Shown here: one piece after another, positions 1-10,987 of the stretch
Layout: each line of letters opens with the position of its first letter
Position numbering within the stretch: position 1 is the stretch's first letter
Source: Candidatus Omnitrophota bacterium
Lineage (GTDB): Bacteria > Omnitrophota > Gorgyraeia > Zapsychrales > JANLHA01
DNA: 32,000 bases
Assembly: GCA_963662715.1 (NCBI GenBank)
Contig: OY759724.1
Location: 2,280,001-2,312,000, forward strand
Direction of reading: 5' to 3'
Notes under the pieces: generated by a model
Database searches by the model: none
Told to the model about the DNA's origin: nothing
What the model saw: the letters and a program-made list of their open reading frames with translations, nothing else
Translations under genes and position numbers: made by a program

Positions 1-1
1 A

Positions 2-1903
2 GAAGCTTTCCTGTCCAAGGAACTGGCTGTTTTAAATGAAGATATCCCTTTGGATTTTTGTGTCGAAGATATGAAAGTGACAGCCCCGGATCATGAAATG
101 CTGATCAAAATTTTTTCTGATCTGGAATTTAAACGGCTCGTGTTTGAGCTTATGGAACAGCATCCTTCCAAGGCCGTTACGAATATTCAGAAGATTCAGG
201 CGGAAGAGGAGTTGAAAGATGTCCTGGCCGCTATTGAGACGGCCGGAGAGTTTTCCTTTTTGTTTGATGAAAATGTGGAAGCAGACATCTGGCTGGCCGG
301 GACTTTGGTCGTTACCTGTCAGGAAAATCCTGTCTGGCAGATTCCGCAGGAATTTATCCCGGGGATGAAAGACGTTTTTGGGCAGAAGGATATCCGCAAG
401 AACACCTATGATTACAAGCATGCTTTAAAGCATCTTGACAGATTCGGCCTGACATTAAAAGGAGAGGTTTTTGATGTTAAGCTGGCGGCGTATCTTTTGT
501 CTCCTGCCCGGACAGCCGCGCAGATTTTTGATTTGGGCTGGCAGTATTTAAAAATTCCGCCGCAGAACACGCAGGAAGCTTCCGGACAGATCCGGATCGT
601 TCACCGGCTGTCTGAATGCCTGAGGACGGAACTTCGGACGTTTGACCTGCTGTCCCTTTGTTCGGAGGTGGAAATCCCCTTATCCATGGTTTTGTGGGCC
701 ATGGAACGGGAGGGGGTCAGTATAGACGTGGGCCTTTTGAAGAATTTATCGAAAGAGTGTGAAGCGAAGATCACTCAGCTTCATGCGGAATTGTTTGAAC
801 TGGCCGGGGAAGAATTCAATTTGAATTCTCCGAAACAGCTCAGCCGGGTGTTATTTGACAAACTTAATCTGCCGGTCATTAAGCGGACGAAAACCGGGTT
901 TTCCACGAATGAAGAGGTTTTAACGCGCCTGGCAAGCTTGCATCCGCTCCCGGCTTTGATTCTTGATTACCGGCAGCTGGCTAAGCTGAAATCCACATAT
1001 ATTGATGCTTTGCCGAAACTGGTGGACCCGCAGACACAAAGGATCCATGCAACGTTTAACCAGACGGGAACGGAAACGGGCCGTTTGAGTTCTTATAACC
1101 CCAATCTGCAGAATATCCCGATACGGACAGAGATGGGCCGGCGCATTCGCAAGGCCTTTGTCCCGTCTGCGCAAGACCGGATCATTATCTCTGCGGATTA
1201 TTCCCAGATTGAGCTCCGTATCTTGGCTCATTTGTCAAAAGACGAAAACCTGCTTTTTGCGTTTCAGAAAGACGAAGATATTCATACGTTTACAGCCGCG
1301 CAAGTTTTTGATGTCCCGGAGAAAGACGTTACGCAAGAAATGCGGATTTCGGCCAAAAGGGTGAATTTCGGTATTATTTACGGGATGAGCGCCTTTGGGT
1401 TGGCTAAAGATTTGAATATCTCGCAGGGAGAGGCCGCTGAATTTATTGACAGGTATTTTTTAAGATATCCCCGCGTGAAAGATTTTATGGATGCGCAGAT
1501 TAAAGAATGCGAAGCCAACGGATATGTGACCACGCTTCTTCACCGCAGGCGCTATATCCCTGATATCCAAAGCAGCAGTTTGTCGATCAGGCAGTTCGCT
1601 CAAAGGCAGGCGATCAACACTCCGGTTCAGGGGACCGCCGCGGACCTTATTAAGCTGGCCATGATCCGGATTTATGAGGCCATAAATAAAAATGATTTGC
1701 GTTCAAAGATGATTATCACCGTTCATGATGAGCTTGTCTTTGATGCGCTGCAGGATGAAAAGGACAGGCTTATCTCCCTGATTAAAGACCATATGGAGCA
1801 TACCTTGACCCTGGACGTGCCTATCAAAGTCAGTATTAAGACGGGGAAAAACTGGTTAGAGACCAAGAAAGTCAACGAAGCAGAGATCCCTTTGAAAAGC
1901 TGA
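2..1903 (+). CDS. polA: DNA polymerase I, C-terminal part. The 5' end lies upstream of the window; the frame is open from nt 2.
   Basis: Family A polymerase motifs are present: DYSQIELR (motif A), RISAKRVNFGIIYG (motif B) and VHDE (motif C). The reading frame has no stop between nt 2 and the TTG at 50 listed in the track. Confidence 0.95.
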   Translation, partial: EAFLSKELAVLNEDIPLDFCVEDMKVTAPDHEMLIKIFSDLEFKRLVFELMEQHPSKAVTNIQKIQAEEELKDVLAAIETAGEFSFLFDENVEADIWLAGTLVVTCQENPVWQIPQEFIPGMKDVFGQKDIRKNTYDYKHALKHLDRFGLTLKGEVFDVKLAAYLLSPARTAAQIFDLGWQYLKIPPQNTQEASGQIRIVHRLSECLRTELRTFDLLSLCSEVEIPLSMVLWAMEREGVSIDVGLLKNLSKECEAKITQLHAELFELAGEEFNLNSPKQLSRVLFDKLNLPVIKRTKTGFSTNEEVLTRLASLHPLPALILDYRQLAKLKSTYIDALPKLVDPQTQRIHATFNQTGTETGRLSSYNPNLQNIPIRTEMGRRIRKAFVPSAQDRIIISADYSQIELRILAHLSKDENLLFAFQKDEDIHTFTAAQVFDVPEKDVTQEMRISAKRVNFGIIYGMSAFGLAKDLNISQGEAAEFIDRYFLRYPRVKDFMDAQIKECEANGYVTTLLHRRRYIPDIQSSSLSIRQFAQRQAINTPVQGTAADLIKLAMIRIYEAINKNDLRSKMIITVHDELVFDALQDEKDRLISLIKDHMEHTLTLDVPIKVSIKTGKNWLETKKVNEAEIPLKS

Positions 1904-1976
1904 AGATATGACGGGGAAATTTTTCCCTGAATTGTTTCGTCCAGGCTGTTTAAAATATGCTCGGATAAAGGAAAAA

Positions 1977-2573
1977 ATGATTTTGATCGGCGTTACAGGG
2001 AGTTATGGGACGGGAAAGTCAACGGTGGCGGAATTTTTTAAGCGATTGGGAGCCAGGGTGATCGATGCCGATAAAATCGTCCACGATTTGTTTAGGCCCC
2101 GGACGCTTTGTTGCAAGAAAATTGTTAAGACTTTCGGGCCGGGAATTTTGACAGAGACGGGAGCTGTCGACCGAGGGAAATTGTCCGGACTGGTTTTTGA
2201 TTCCCCGAAGCGGCTGAAAACCTTGGAATCCCTGATTCATCCGGAAGTGATCCGGCAGATCAAAGGGCTTATCGCACAATATAGAAAAAATAAGAATGTC
2301 CGGGCGGTGGTCGTTGATGTCCCTTTGCTTTATGAGTCGGGGCTGAATGAACTTATGGATATTAATATTGTGGTTCGAGCCACTCAAAAGGATCAGTTGT
2401 CGCGGACAGCCTCAAGACCTGCCATGTCCCGGGCCGCGAAACTCAAAAGGATCAGGGCGCAGATACCTTTACTTAAAAAAATGGCCTGGGCGGATATTAT
2501 CATTGATAACCGAGGGGCCCTTAAAGACACACAGCGTCAGGTCCGGAAGGTTTGGCAGGAATATATAAAATAA
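1977..2573 (+). CDS. coaE: Dephospho-CoA kinase
   Basis: P-loop GVTGSYGTGKST lies right after M24 of the track ORF (MILIGVTG...), which is the typical CoaE N-terminus. polA-coaE synteny is common. The start is placed at ATG 1977 rather than 1908. Confidence 0.85.
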   Translation: MILIGVTGSYGTGKSTVAEFFKRLGARVIDADKIVHDLFRPRTLCCKKIVKTFGPGILTETGAVDRGKLSGLVFDSPKRLKTLESLIHPEVIRQIKGLIAQYRKNKNVRAVVVDVPLLYESGLNELMDINIVVRATQKDQLSRTASRPAMSRAAKLKRIRAQIPLLKKMAWADIIIDNRGALKDTQRQVRKVWQEYIK

Positions 2574-2737
2574 ACGGCCGTTATGAAATTTTTGTGTAAA
2601 GGAACGGTCAACAGAAGACACCGGTATCATTTATGCCCGGGAGGGGAAGCTTTCTCGAGGATATGGATGAAACAATGTCGTGGAAGAATCCAAAACCGAA
2701 AAGAAGAAATTAATAATACGATGAGGGGGTAAAGAGT

Positions 2738-4075
2738 ATGCAGAGAACATCAGCAAAATCAGGGGAGAAGGTCAAGCGGAAGGATGCCGCAGAAGAGAGT
2801 AAGCATTCCGCGGATCAGAATGAACAGCTTGATATCGGGAAGTTAAAGGATATGAAAGTATCAGAACTGAGCAAGCTGGCGCGGGAGATGTCCATAAACG
2901 GTATCAGCGGCAGTAAGAAACAGGATCTGATCTTTAAAATTTTACAAAAGAAGGCGGAAAAGGCCGGCCTGATGTACGGAGAAGGAACCCTGGAGATCCT
3001 TTCGGAAGGTTTTGGCTTTCTCAGAAGCGCCAATTACAACTATCTGCCCTGTCCGGACGACATTTATATTTCTCCGTCCCAGATCAGGCGGTTTGATCTG
3101 AAGACCGGGGATATCGTCAGCGGACATATCCGGCCGCCCAAGGAAGGCGAGAAATACTTCGCTCTTCTAAAGGTGGAAGCGGTCAATTATGAAAACCCTG
3201 AGAAATGCAAAGACAAAATCTTTTTTGATAATTTAACGCCTCTTTATCCTCATGAACGTATTCATTTAGAGACAGAACCCAAGGAGATTTCCATGCGGAT
3301 TATGGATTTGCTGACCCCTATCGGAAAAGGCCAGCGGGCCCTGATCGTTGCGCCTCCTTATAGCGGGAAAACGGTTCTGCTGCAGAAGATCGCGAATTCC
3401 ATTACCAAATCGAATCCGGATGTCATTCTGATCGTTCTTTTAATCGATGAGCGGCCGGAGGAAGTTACGGATATGCAGCGAAGCGTAAAAGGAGAAGTGA
3501 TCGCCTCGACATTTGATGAACCCGCTGAACGCCATGTGCAGATCGCAGAGATTGTTTTGGAGAAAGCTAAAAGACTGGTCGAACATAAGCGGGATGTGGT
3601 AATATTATTGGATAGTATCACCCGCTTAGCCCGGGCTTATAATACCGTTGTGCCGCATAGCGGGAAGATCCTCTCTGGCGGTGTGGATTCTAATGCTTTG
3701 CATAAACCCAAACGCTTTTTCGGGGCTGCCAGGGCGCTTGATGAGGGAGGCAGTCTGACGATTATTTCGACAGCCCTTGTTGATACGGGCAGCCGCATGG
3801 ACGAAGTTATTTTTGAAGAGTTTAAGGGCACGGGAAATATGGAGCTCCAGCTAGACCGGAACCTGTTTCAGCGGCGTATTTACCCGGCTATTGATATTAA
3901 GCGTTCTAATACGCGTCATGAAGAGTTGCTTTTGCCGGAAGATGTCCTGCAGAGGATATGGCTTCTGCGCAAAGCGATCAATGACCTGAATTCCGCTGAA
4001 TCCATGGAATTGTTGATTGAGAAGATATCAAAGTTTAAAACCAATGAGGAATTTCTGCAGAATATGAACAAATAA
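2738..4075 (+). CDS. rho: Transcription termination factor Rho
   Basis: Rho N-terminal and RNA-binding region (GFGFLR), Walker [13 protein letters not shown], and an overall Rho-like C-terminal ATPase domain. The SD-like GAGGGGG lies upstream. Confidence 0.95.
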   Translation: MQRTSAKSGEKVKRKDAAEESKHSADQNEQLDIGKLKDMKVSELSKLAREMSINGISGSKKQDLIFKILQKKAEKAGLMYGEGTLEILSEGFGFLRSANYNYLPCPDDIYISPSQIRRFDLKTGDIVSGHIRPPKEGEKYFALLKVEAVNYENPEKCKDKIFFDNLTPLYPHERIHLETEPKEISMRIMDLLTPIGKGQRALIVAPPYSGKTVLLQKIANSITKSNPDVILIVLLIDERPEEVTDMQRSVKGEVIASTFDEPAERHVQIAEIVLEKAKRLVEHKRDVVILLDSITRLARAYNTVVPHSGKILSGGVDSNALHKPKRFFGAARALDEGGSLTIISTALVDTGSRMDEVIFEEFKGTGNMELQLDRNLFQRRIYPAIDIKRSNTRHEELLLPEDVLQRIWLLRKAINDLNSAESMELLIEKISKFKTNEEFLQNMNK

Positions 4076-4176
4076 ACCAGGGAGCGTGTCCTGTAGGCCG
4101 TCCGGCCCAAGATGGGCCGGCGATAAACGGAAGAATAGAAAGGCCGCATGATACCATTGAAGGAGGAAAAAGGAAA

Positions 4177-4383
4177 ATGAAAGAGAAGATTCACCCGGAA
4201 TACCATGAAACGACTGTCACGTGTGCTTGTGGCGAAGTGATCCATACGCGTTCAACAAAAAAGAATATTCGCGTCGAGATCTGTTCTCAATGCCATCCTT
4301 TCTTTACCGGTGAGAAGAAGTATGTTGACTCTGCCGGCCGAATCGAGCGTTTTAAGCAACGTTATAAAAAATTTAATAAGTAA
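4177..4383 (+). CDS. rpmE: 50S ribosomal protein L31 (Cys-containing, zinc-binding type)
   Basis: MKEKIHPEY..., CxC ... [10 protein letters not shown] signature. GGAGGA lies upstream of the ATG. Confidence 0.9.
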   Translation: MKEKIHPEYHETTVTCACGEVIHTRSTKKNIRVEICSQCHPFFTGEKKYVDSAGRIERFKQRYKKFNK

Positions 4384-4433
4384 ATACACTTCCAAGGTCT
4401 TCAAACAAAACCCGGGTTCCAGGAGTGTATCCT

Positions 4434-5501
4434 ATGCAAGAGAAACTGAAAAAGATTGTTCAACGTTACCAGGAGTTAGAACAATTATTGGGGGATCCTG
4501 ATATTATCGCTGAACAGAGCCGGTATCAGAAAATCGCCAAGGAATTTTCTGATATCACTCCGCTGGTGGAAGCGCATCGCCTTCATTCCGATATCGCCCG
4601 GCAGATGACCGATCTGGAACATTTGCTTCAGGAAAAACATGATGCGGAATTTGAAGAACTGGCCCGGGCCGAACTGAAAGATTTGCGTGTCCGGCTGGAG
4701 GAATGTGAGACGAACCTGGATGAACTGCTCAATCCCCGCAAGGAGGAGGCTGACCGGGATTTAATCATAGAAATCCGGGCCGGGACAGGAGGCCAGGAGG
4801 CCAGTCTTTTTGCCGCAGATCTCTACCGCATGTATACAAAATATGCGGAGAAAAAGGGATGGAAACTGGAGCCGATGAGCTCGCATGAATCCGAGACAGG
4901 AGGCTTTAAAGAAGTCGTTTTCGGTATCAGCGGAAAAGGCGCCTCAAAATTGTTGAAGTTTGAAAGCGGCGCCCATCGCGTGCAGCGGGTTCCGGTGACA
5001 GAGGCCTCAGGCCGTATTCATACTTCGGCGGCGACAGTCGCTGTCCTTTTTGAGCCGCAGGAAGTGGAAGCTCAGATTGATCCTAAAGATTTAAAGATTG
5101 ATGTCTTCCGCTCATCCGGTCCCGGAGGCCAAAGCGTTAACACGACAGATTCAGCCATCCGCATTACGCATATCCCGAGCGGGATCGTGGTCATCTGTCA
5201 GGACGAACGTTCGCAGCTGAAGAATAAAATGAAGGCTATGCGAGTGTTGCGCGCCCGGCTTTTAGATAAGATTCAAAGGGAGAATATGGAGAAAGAAACC
5301 CAGGACCGGAAAGCCAAAGTCGGGACCGGAGACCGCAGTGAAAAAATCAGAACGTATAATTATCCGGACCGCCGGGTCACGGACCACCGCATCGGATTCA
5401 CGATTCATCAGCTGCCGAATGTGATGGATGGTGATTTGGACGCGATTCTTGACGCCCTGATCAAGGCCGAAGCTGATCTGGAAGGAGCAAGCCGTGAATG
5501 A
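4434..5501 (+). CDS. prfA: Peptide chain release factor 1
   Basis: GGQ motif (SGPGGQSVN) and the RF1-type PVT tripeptide (RVPVTEA). The start is set at ATG 4434, 8 nt after AGGAG at 4421-4425; the track start GTG 4425 overlaps the SD. Confidence 0.95.
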   Translation: MQEKLKKIVQRYQELEQLLGDPDIIAEQSRYQKIAKEFSDITPLVEAHRLHSDIARQMTDLEHLLQEKHDAEFEELARAELKDLRVRLEECETNLDELLNPRKEEADRDLIIEIRAGTGGQEASLFAADLYRMYTKYAEKKGWKLEPMSSHESETGGFKEVVFGISGKGASKLLKFESGAHRVQRVPVTEASGRIHTSAATVAVLFEPQEVEAQIDPKDLKIDVFRSSGPGGQSVNTTDSAIRITHIPSGIVVICQDERSQLKNKMKAMRVLRARLLDKIQRENMEKETQDRKAKVGTGDRSEKIRTYNYPDRRVTDHRIGFTIHQLPNVMDGDLDAILDALIKAEADLEGASRE

Positions 5502-6297
5502 ACTGGAATTCATGAAGACATCCATTCTCGGCTGCCGCCGCATTGATCTTTATATGGATCCTCCTGTCATGTCTCCGGAGCAGAAAACGCTGCTGGAACG
5601 CATGAAACAGCGGCGGCTGAACGGAGAGCCGTTGCAATACATCCTGGGAGAAAGTCATTTTATGGGATTGAATTTGAACGTCACCCCGAATGTGTTAATT
5701 CCCCGCCCGGAAACGGAAATATTAGTTGAAACGGCCTTAGTGATGGCCAAGAGGATATCCCGCCGGCCGCTTCATATCTTGGACCTGGGAACAGGATCGG
5801 GCAATATCGCTGTCAGTTGTGCGGTCTTCCTGGATGATTGTCTGATCGACAGTGTGGATATCTCTCCGGAAGCCCTCCGGGTTGCCCTTTATAATGCCGA
5901 GCGCCATCAGGTTGAACAGAAGATTTGTTTTATGCACAAGGATATGTTTCTTGTCCTGGGGAGTGAAGATTTCCAAAGGACATATGATATCGTGATCGCC
6001 AACCCGCCGTACATTCCCAGGTCTGCGCTTTCGTCTTTGCCTCCGGATGTCCGGCATGAACCGCTCAGGGCTTTAGATGGAGGGGAGGACGGTTTGTCTT
6101 ATTTGAAGTTTATTATTGAAAACAGTCCGGCCCATATTAAAGAAGGCGGGCTGTTATTGCTGGAAATAGGAGACGGGCAGTCTAAAATCCTTGAAAAATA
6201 CCTTGAAATGAATGGACAATTTTGCGACTATGAATTTAAAAAAGACTACAGAAGGACCGACAGAATTCTGGTCGCCCGTAGGAATAATTATTCATAA
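5494..6297 (+). CDS. prmC: Release-factor glutamine N5-methyltransferase (PrmC/HemK)
   Basis: NPPY catalytic motif (VIANPPYIP), SAM-binding LDLGTGSG, and a position directly after prfA. The GTG start overlaps the prfA stop; ATG 5512 is an alternative start. Confidence 0.85.
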   Translation: MNELEFMKTSILGCRRIDLYMDPPVMSPEQKTLLERMKQRRLNGEPLQYILGESHFMGLNLNVTPNVLIPRPETEILVETALVMAKRISRRPLHILDLGTGSGNIAVSCAVFLDDCLIDSVDISPEALRVALYNAERHQVEQKICFMHKDMFLVLGSEDFQRTYDIVIANPPYIPRSALSSLPPDVRHEPLRALDGGEDGLSYLKFIIENSPAHIKEGGLLLLEIGDGQSKILEKYLEMNGQFCDYEFKKDYRRTDRILVARRNNYS

Positions 6298-6321
6298 GCC
6301 GGAAATTTTGGGAAGACATTT

Positions 6322-7584
6322 ATGGAAAAGTTTATTATTGAGGGAAACAGGCCTTTAAAAGGCGAAGTCCGCATCAGCGGTTCAAAGAATGCGACTCTAC
6401 CGGTGCTGGCGGCAACCTTGTTGACCGATGAACCCTGTGTGATCAAAAATGTCCCGTGTCTCAGGGACACCCTGACGATGATTAAGCTTTTGAAAAGTCT
6501 GGGGAAGGACGTCAGCTTTTCAAACAATATCTTGACGATCAAAACGGCGGAGCCGTGTCAGGGGTTTGCCGATTATGCTCTTGTTTCAACCATGCGGGGA
6601 TCATTTTGTGTCTTGGGCCCGCTTCTCGCAAAACTTAAAGAAGCCAAAGTGTCCCTGCCGGGGGGATGTGTTATAGGAGTCAGGCCGGTTGACCTGCATC
6701 TGAAAGGGTTGAAGAGTCTGGGGGCTAAAATTGCCATTGAAAACGGTTATGTGTGTGCTCAAACCAAAGAGCTGCAGGGCCAGCATATTTATCTGGGAGG
6801 GGATTTCGGGCCGTCGGTTTTAGCCACGGCTAATGTTATGATGGCCGCGACTCTGGCCAAAGGCGAGACGGTTATCGCTTCGTCCGCCTGTGAACCGGAA
6901 ATGGAAGATTTGGCCAACTGCCTTATAGCTATGGGGGCGGATATTACCGGTGTGGGATCCCCTCGTCTGACCATCAGAGGCGTCAATCAACTGCACGGCG
7001 TTGAATATGAAATTATTCCTGACCGCATTGAAGCCGGAACCTACATGCTTCTGGCGGCCGCGACCAAAGGCAACCTGAGACTCCTTAATGTTAATGCGAG
7101 TCATCTTTTGGCTCTGATTGATAAACTCACCGAAGTGGGGGTGAAGTTTAAGATAGAAGGGGACTCGGTCTGGATCAGAAGCACGACATCTTACGAGCCG
7201 ACCTCTGTTACCACATATCCTTATCCGGGATTCCCGACAGATCTGCAGGCTCAGTTTATGACCTTGATGGCTTTGACGCACGGGGTGAGTATCATTACGG
7301 ACAAGGTTTTCCCTGACCGGTTTATTCACATCGCGGAATTAAACCGGATGGGGGCGAATATCCGCCGGGACGGCAATACGGCTATTATCGAAGGCGTTAA
7401 AACCTTGTACGGGGCTCCGGTTATGGCGTCCGACTTGCGGGCTTCGGCCGCTTTGGTCATCGCGGGGCTGGCCGCTAAAGGGAAGACAGAAATTCACCGC
7501 ATCTATCACCTGGACCGCGGATATGAAGACCTGGATCAGAAACTGTTGAATTTGGGAGCCAAAGTCTACCGCCAGCAGGATTAA
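6322..7584 (+). CDS. murA: UDP-N-acetylglucosamine 1-carboxyvinyltransferase
   Basis: N-terminus MEKFIIEGNRPLKGEVRISGSKNA and active-site loop PGGCVIGVRPVDLH. The length of 420 aa fits. Confidence 0.95.
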   Translation: MEKFIIEGNRPLKGEVRISGSKNATLPVLAATLLTDEPCVIKNVPCLRDTLTMIKLLKSLGKDVSFSNNILTIKTAEPCQGFADYALVSTMRGSFCVLGPLLAKLKEAKVSLPGGCVIGVRPVDLHLKGLKSLGAKIAIENGYVCAQTKELQGQHIYLGGDFGPSVLATANVMMAATLAKGETVIASSACEPEMEDLANCLIAMGADITGVGSPRLTIRGVNQLHGVEYEIIPDRIEAGTYMLLAAATKGNLRLLNVNASHLLALIDKLTEVGVKFKIEGDSVWIRSTTSYEPTSVTTYPYPGFPTDLQAQFMTLMALTHGVSIITDKVFPDRFIHIAELNRMGANIRRDGNTAIIEGVKTLYGAPVMASDLRASAALVIAGLAAKGKTEIHRIYHLDRGYEDLDQKLLNLGAKVYRQQD

Positions 7585-7603
7585 TCAAACAGGGGATTAT
7601 CAG

Positions 7604-8176
7604 ATGGTTTTAGTGATCGACAATTACGATTCCTTTACATATAACCTTGTACAGTATCTGGGGGCTTTAAAGACAAAGCTGGCCGTTCATCGGAATGATG
7701 CGTTGACGCTTGCCAGGATCAAAAAGATGAAACCGGAGAAGATCGTGATTTCTCCGGGACCTGGCCGGCCGGAAGATGCCGGTATTTCTGTTGATGTCAT
7801 TAAAGAATTCGCGGAGCAGATCCCGATTTTAGGTGTTTGTCTGGGGCATCAGGCGATCGGTTATGCCTACGGGGGAAAGATTATCCGGGCGAAAAGCCTG
7901 ATGCACGGAAAGACCTCAAGTATTACGCACAACGGGGAAGGGCTATTCAGAGATGTGGAAAACCCTTTTGAGGCGACACGTTATCATTCTCTCGTTATTG
8001 ATCCAAAATCATTCCCTGCTTGCCTGGAGATTACGGCCTGGTCTAAAGACCGGGACAAGGAAATCATGGCCTTGCGGCATAAGAAATTCCCGTTATGGGG
8101 CGTTCAGTTTCATCCGGAATCGATTTTGACCCAGTCCGGGAAACAAATATTAGCCAATTTCTTGAAAATCAAATGA
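7604..8176 (+). CDS. trpG: Anthranilate synthase component II (glutamine amidotransferase, TrpG/PabA type)
   Basis: Class I GATase motifs GVCLGHQ and VQFHPES. The stop overlaps the trpD start (ATGA at 8173-8176). Confidence 0.85.
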   Translation: MVLVIDNYDSFTYNLVQYLGALKTKLAVHRNDALTLARIKKMKPEKIVISPGPGRPEDAGISVDVIKEFAEQIPILGVCLGHQAIGYAYGGKIIRAKSLMHGKTSSITHNGEGLFRDVENPFEATRYHSLVIDPKSFPACLEITAWSKDRDKEIMALRHKKFPLWGVQFHPESILTQSGKQILANFLKIK

Positions 8177-9183
8177 AAGAATATATTGAAAAAATCCGCA
8201 GGAACGAAAATCTGAGCAGCCGGGAAATTGAAGCCGTCATGGGCCGTATTATGTCGGGAGAAGCTCCGGACAATCTGGTGGCGGATCTGCTCCTGGCCCT
8301 GAATCTGAAAGGCCCTACCATTGATGAAATCACCGGGGCGGCCCGTCTGCTGCAGAAGTTTTATCTGCCGGTCAAAACAAAACATCCTTTAGTCCTGGAT
8401 ACCTGCGGCACGGGAGGAGATAAAAAGAATACTTTTAACATCTCTACGATTACGGCTTTTGTCGTTGCCGGGGCGGGGGTTATCGTTGCGAAACACGGCA
8501 ACCGTTCGGTTTCCAGTAAATGCGGGAGTGCCGATATCCTGGAAGCTTTGGGGGTCAACCTGGACGTTCAGCATGACCGGTTAGGGACATGTCTGGATGA
8601 GGTCGGAATCGCCTTCCTGTTTGCTCAGAAACTGCACCCGGCCATGAAGAACGTGGCGTCCGTTCGTAAAACGTTGGGGGTTGAGACGATTTTTAATATT
8701 TTAGGGCCGCTTATCAACCCTGCCCGGGCGACGCATCAGCTTATGGGGGTCTATTCCCGGGACCTTGTTGAACCGCTTGCCAATGTCCTGAGAAATTTAG
8801 GTTTAAAAAAGGCGCTGGTGGTTCATGGCCATGACGGTCTGGATGAAGTTTCGACGACGGGACAGACCTTTGTCGCGGAGTGGAACGGCCGGGACATCCT
8901 GTCCTATGATATCTCTCCCGAAGATTTCGGGATACCCTTATCCAAAGATGAGGATTTAAAAGGAGGCGACCTTAAGACGAATCTGTTTATTGCTAAAGAA
9001 ATTCTGGATGGGGTGGGCGGTCCCAGACGGGATGTCGTTGTCTTTAATGCCGCCTATGCTCTCTATGCGGCGGAGAAAGTCCAAGATATTTCCGAAGGAA
9101 TTGCTTTAGCTGCGGAATCATTGGATTCCAGGAAAGCCAAGGCTAAATTAGAGACCTTGATCGAGTTTACGCAGAAACCGTGA
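8173..9183 (+). CDS. trpD: Anthranilate phosphoribosyltransferase
   Basis: DTCGTGGD and AKHGNRSVSSKCGSADILEALG motifs. The start is taken at M27 of the track ORF (ATG 8173, ATGA overlap with trpG). Confidence 0.9.
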   Translation: MKEYIEKIRRNENLSSREIEAVMGRIMSGEAPDNLVADLLLALNLKGPTIDEITGAARLLQKFYLPVKTKHPLVLDTCGTGGDKKNTFNISTITAFVVAGAGVIVAKHGNRSVSSKCGSADILEALGVNLDVQHDRLGTCLDEVGIAFLFAQKLHPAMKNVASVRKTLGVETIFNILGPLINPARATHQLMGVYSRDLVEPLANVLRNLGLKKALVVHGHDGLDEVSTTGQTFVAEWNGRDILSYDISPEDFGIPLSKDEDLKGGDLKTNLFIAKEILDGVGGPRRDVVVFNAAYALYAAEKVQDISEGIALAAESLDSRKAKAKLETLIEFTQKP

Positions 9184-9228
9184 GTGTGCCCCGGAAGGTA
9201 TTTCCCGGGAAGGGTGAAGGGCTAAAGA

Positions 9229-10017
9229 TTGAATGATTTTTTAGAAAAAATTGTCTTACATAAAAGAAGTCTTCTGCGGCGCAAGAAGGCTTTTTTTGAT
9301 GTTTTAAAAGCCAATGTCGGTTCTGCGAAGATGAACCGCTACGGATTATTTAAAGAACGGATTGCCCGGCCCGGACAAATCAACCTCATCGCCGAGATTA
9401 AGAAAGCATCGCCGTCCCAGGGGCTGATTCGTACGGATTTTAATGTCACTGAACTGGCGCGTATTTATGCGGCCCAGGGGGCTGCCGCCATTTCCGTGTT
9501 AACGGAAGATAAATATTTTCTGGGTCACCCCCGGTATGTGCGTCTTGTCAGTGAAAATTTTCCTGTCCCGGTCCTGACGAAAGATTTTATTATTGATGAC
9601 GTGCAGATTTACGAGGCATTTTTAAGCGGTACCAGCGCAATATTGCTGATTGTTGCCATATTGGAGGATGACCAGCTGGTGCGTCTCCAGAATGTGGCCG
9701 TGGAACTTGACCTGGATTGTTTGGTCGAAGTTCACAATCAGCAGGAGCTGGACAGGGCCCTGCAGGCCGGTGCCCAGATTGTCGGAATCAATCATCGCGA
9801 CCTGCATACGTTTGAAGTTGATCTGGGCGTCAGCCGGGAACTGGTGCCTCAAATTCCCGATCACTGTGTCATTGTGGCCGAGAGCGGTGTCCGGACACAT
9901 GAACATATCAAGATGCTGGAAGCTCTCGGTGTTCACGCTGTTTTGATCGGGGAGACCTTTATGCGGGCGGATGATGTCGGCGCCAAAATCAGGGAGGTTA
10001 TGACAGGGGCAGCATGA
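9229..10017 (+). CDS. trpC: Indole-3-glycerol phosphate synthase
   Basis: IAEIKKASPSQG and GINHRDL motifs. TTG 9229 is the first possible start after an in-frame TAA, and it is needed to include the conserved N-terminal helix (LEKIVLHKR). Confidence 0.9.
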   Translation: MNDFLEKIVLHKRSLLRRKKAFFDVLKANVGSAKMNRYGLFKERIARPGQINLIAEIKKASPSQGLIRTDFNVTELARIYAAQGAAAISVLTEDKYFLGHPRYVRLVSENFPVPVLTKDFIIDDVQIYEAFLSGTSAILLIVAILEDDQLVRLQNVAVELDLDCLVEVHNQQELDRALQAGAQIVGINHRDLHTFEVDLGVSRELVPQIPDHCVIVAESGVRTHEHIKMLEALGVHAVLIGETFMRADDVGAKIREVMTGAA

Positions 10018-10081
10018 TATCCTCCTGCGGTGCTCAAAGTCGAGGGGGGGAAGGGTTATAATTTCAGAGGGGAGAGATAAG

Positions 10082-10702
10082 ATGGTCCGAATTAAAATTT
10101 GTGGCATGACGAATTCAAAAGATGCCCTCCAGGCCGCTTCTTGCGGGGCCTGGGCCGTGGGTTTTATTTTTTACAAGAAAAGTCCCCGCTGCGTCGGAGC
10201 TTTTAAAGCGCAGAGAATTATTGATCAACTGCCGCCTTTTGTGACGCCTGTGGGGGTTTTCGTAAATCAGAAAGAGGGGGCGGTTAAAGAGATCGCCCAA
10301 TTTTGCGGAATTAAAACCCTGCAGTTCCACGGGGACGAAACGCCTGAATACTGCCGAAGGTTCAAGAAGGGATATAAAATTATTAAGGCCGTCCGGCTCG
10401 GAAATCAAATAGACTTGGATAACCTGAAAAAATATTCCGTTGACGCTCTTTTGTTTGATACTTACCAGGAAAAGACCTACGGAGGAACAGGCCAGACTTT
10501 CCCTTGGCGGTTAGCTAAGAAAGCCAAAGTTCTGGGTCTGCCGATTATTTTGTCCGGTGGGCTTGCCCCCCAGAATATCAGAGAAGCCATCGAAGACGTC
10601 AAGCCTTATGCGGTCGATGTCTGCAGCGGTGTCGAAAAAAGCCCTGGTCAGAAAAATAAACACGCCTTACAGGAATTTATTGATTTGGTCAAGCTGGCAT
10701 AA
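10082..10702 (+). CDS. trpF: N-(5'-phosphoribosyl)anthranilate isomerase
   Basis: IKICGMT, LQFHGDE and YGGTGQTFPW motifs. Confidence 0.9.
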   Translation: MVRIKICGMTNSKDALQAASCGAWAVGFIFYKKSPRCVGAFKAQRIIDQLPPFVTPVGVFVNQKEGAVKEIAQFCGIKTLQFHGDETPEYCRRFKKGYKIIKAVRLGNQIDLDNLKKYSVDALLFDTYQEKTYGGTGQTFPWRLAKKAKVLGLPIILSGGLAPQNIREAIEDVKPYAVDVCSGVEKSPGQKNKHALQEFIDLVKLA

Positions 10703-10735
10703 CGGACTGACGCTTAAAATTCATCCGTAAAAAAG

Positions 10736-10966
10736 CTATTTAATATAAACTCTAGCCAGTAAAGAACAGGCTAATATTTTAATAAAGCCATCCTTTTGTT
10801 TTAGGGCTTCACAGATTTTAATAGCTTCTGTCTTCGTGTAGTCGCTTTTATCCGGTAATCCCAAGGAATCAATAATTTCTTTAATAAGTTTTTGGGCGCC
10901 TTCAATCCCGATGCCTTGAGCATAGGCATTTACGAGTTCATTTTTTGTTAATGTCGGTTCATTCAT
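10736..10966 (-). CDS. Hypothetical 76-aa helical protein, apparently co-transcribed with the FIST gene
   Basis: GGAGA lies 7 nt upstream of the ATG, and the gap after the FIST stop is only 21 nt on the same strand. I recognise no family. Confidence 0.45.
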   Translation of the reverse strand: MNEPTLTKNELVNAYAQGIGIEGAQKLIKEIIDSLGLPDKSDYTKTEAIKICEALKQKDGFIKILACSLLARVYIK

Positions 10967-10987
10967 AAATAGATCTCCGGGACCGAA

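Noticed and set aside
8095-8172. N-terminal extensions suggested by the ORF track for trpD (8095), coaE (1908), prfA (4425), fba (29742) and the DRE-TIM aldolase (30822)
   Set aside because: The extensions either overlap the upstream gene or the SD, or precede the conserved N-terminus. Internal ATGs with properly spaced GGAG-type sites (8173, 1977, 4434, 29748, 30837) fit better.
10702-10734. An 8-bp bulged hairpin between the convergent trpF and the 76-aa ORF, considered as a bidirectional terminator
   Set aside because: On the + strand the hairpin is followed by an A-tract. On the minus strand the U-tract precedes the hairpin. Neither orientation gives a canonical intrinsic terminator, so I make no call.
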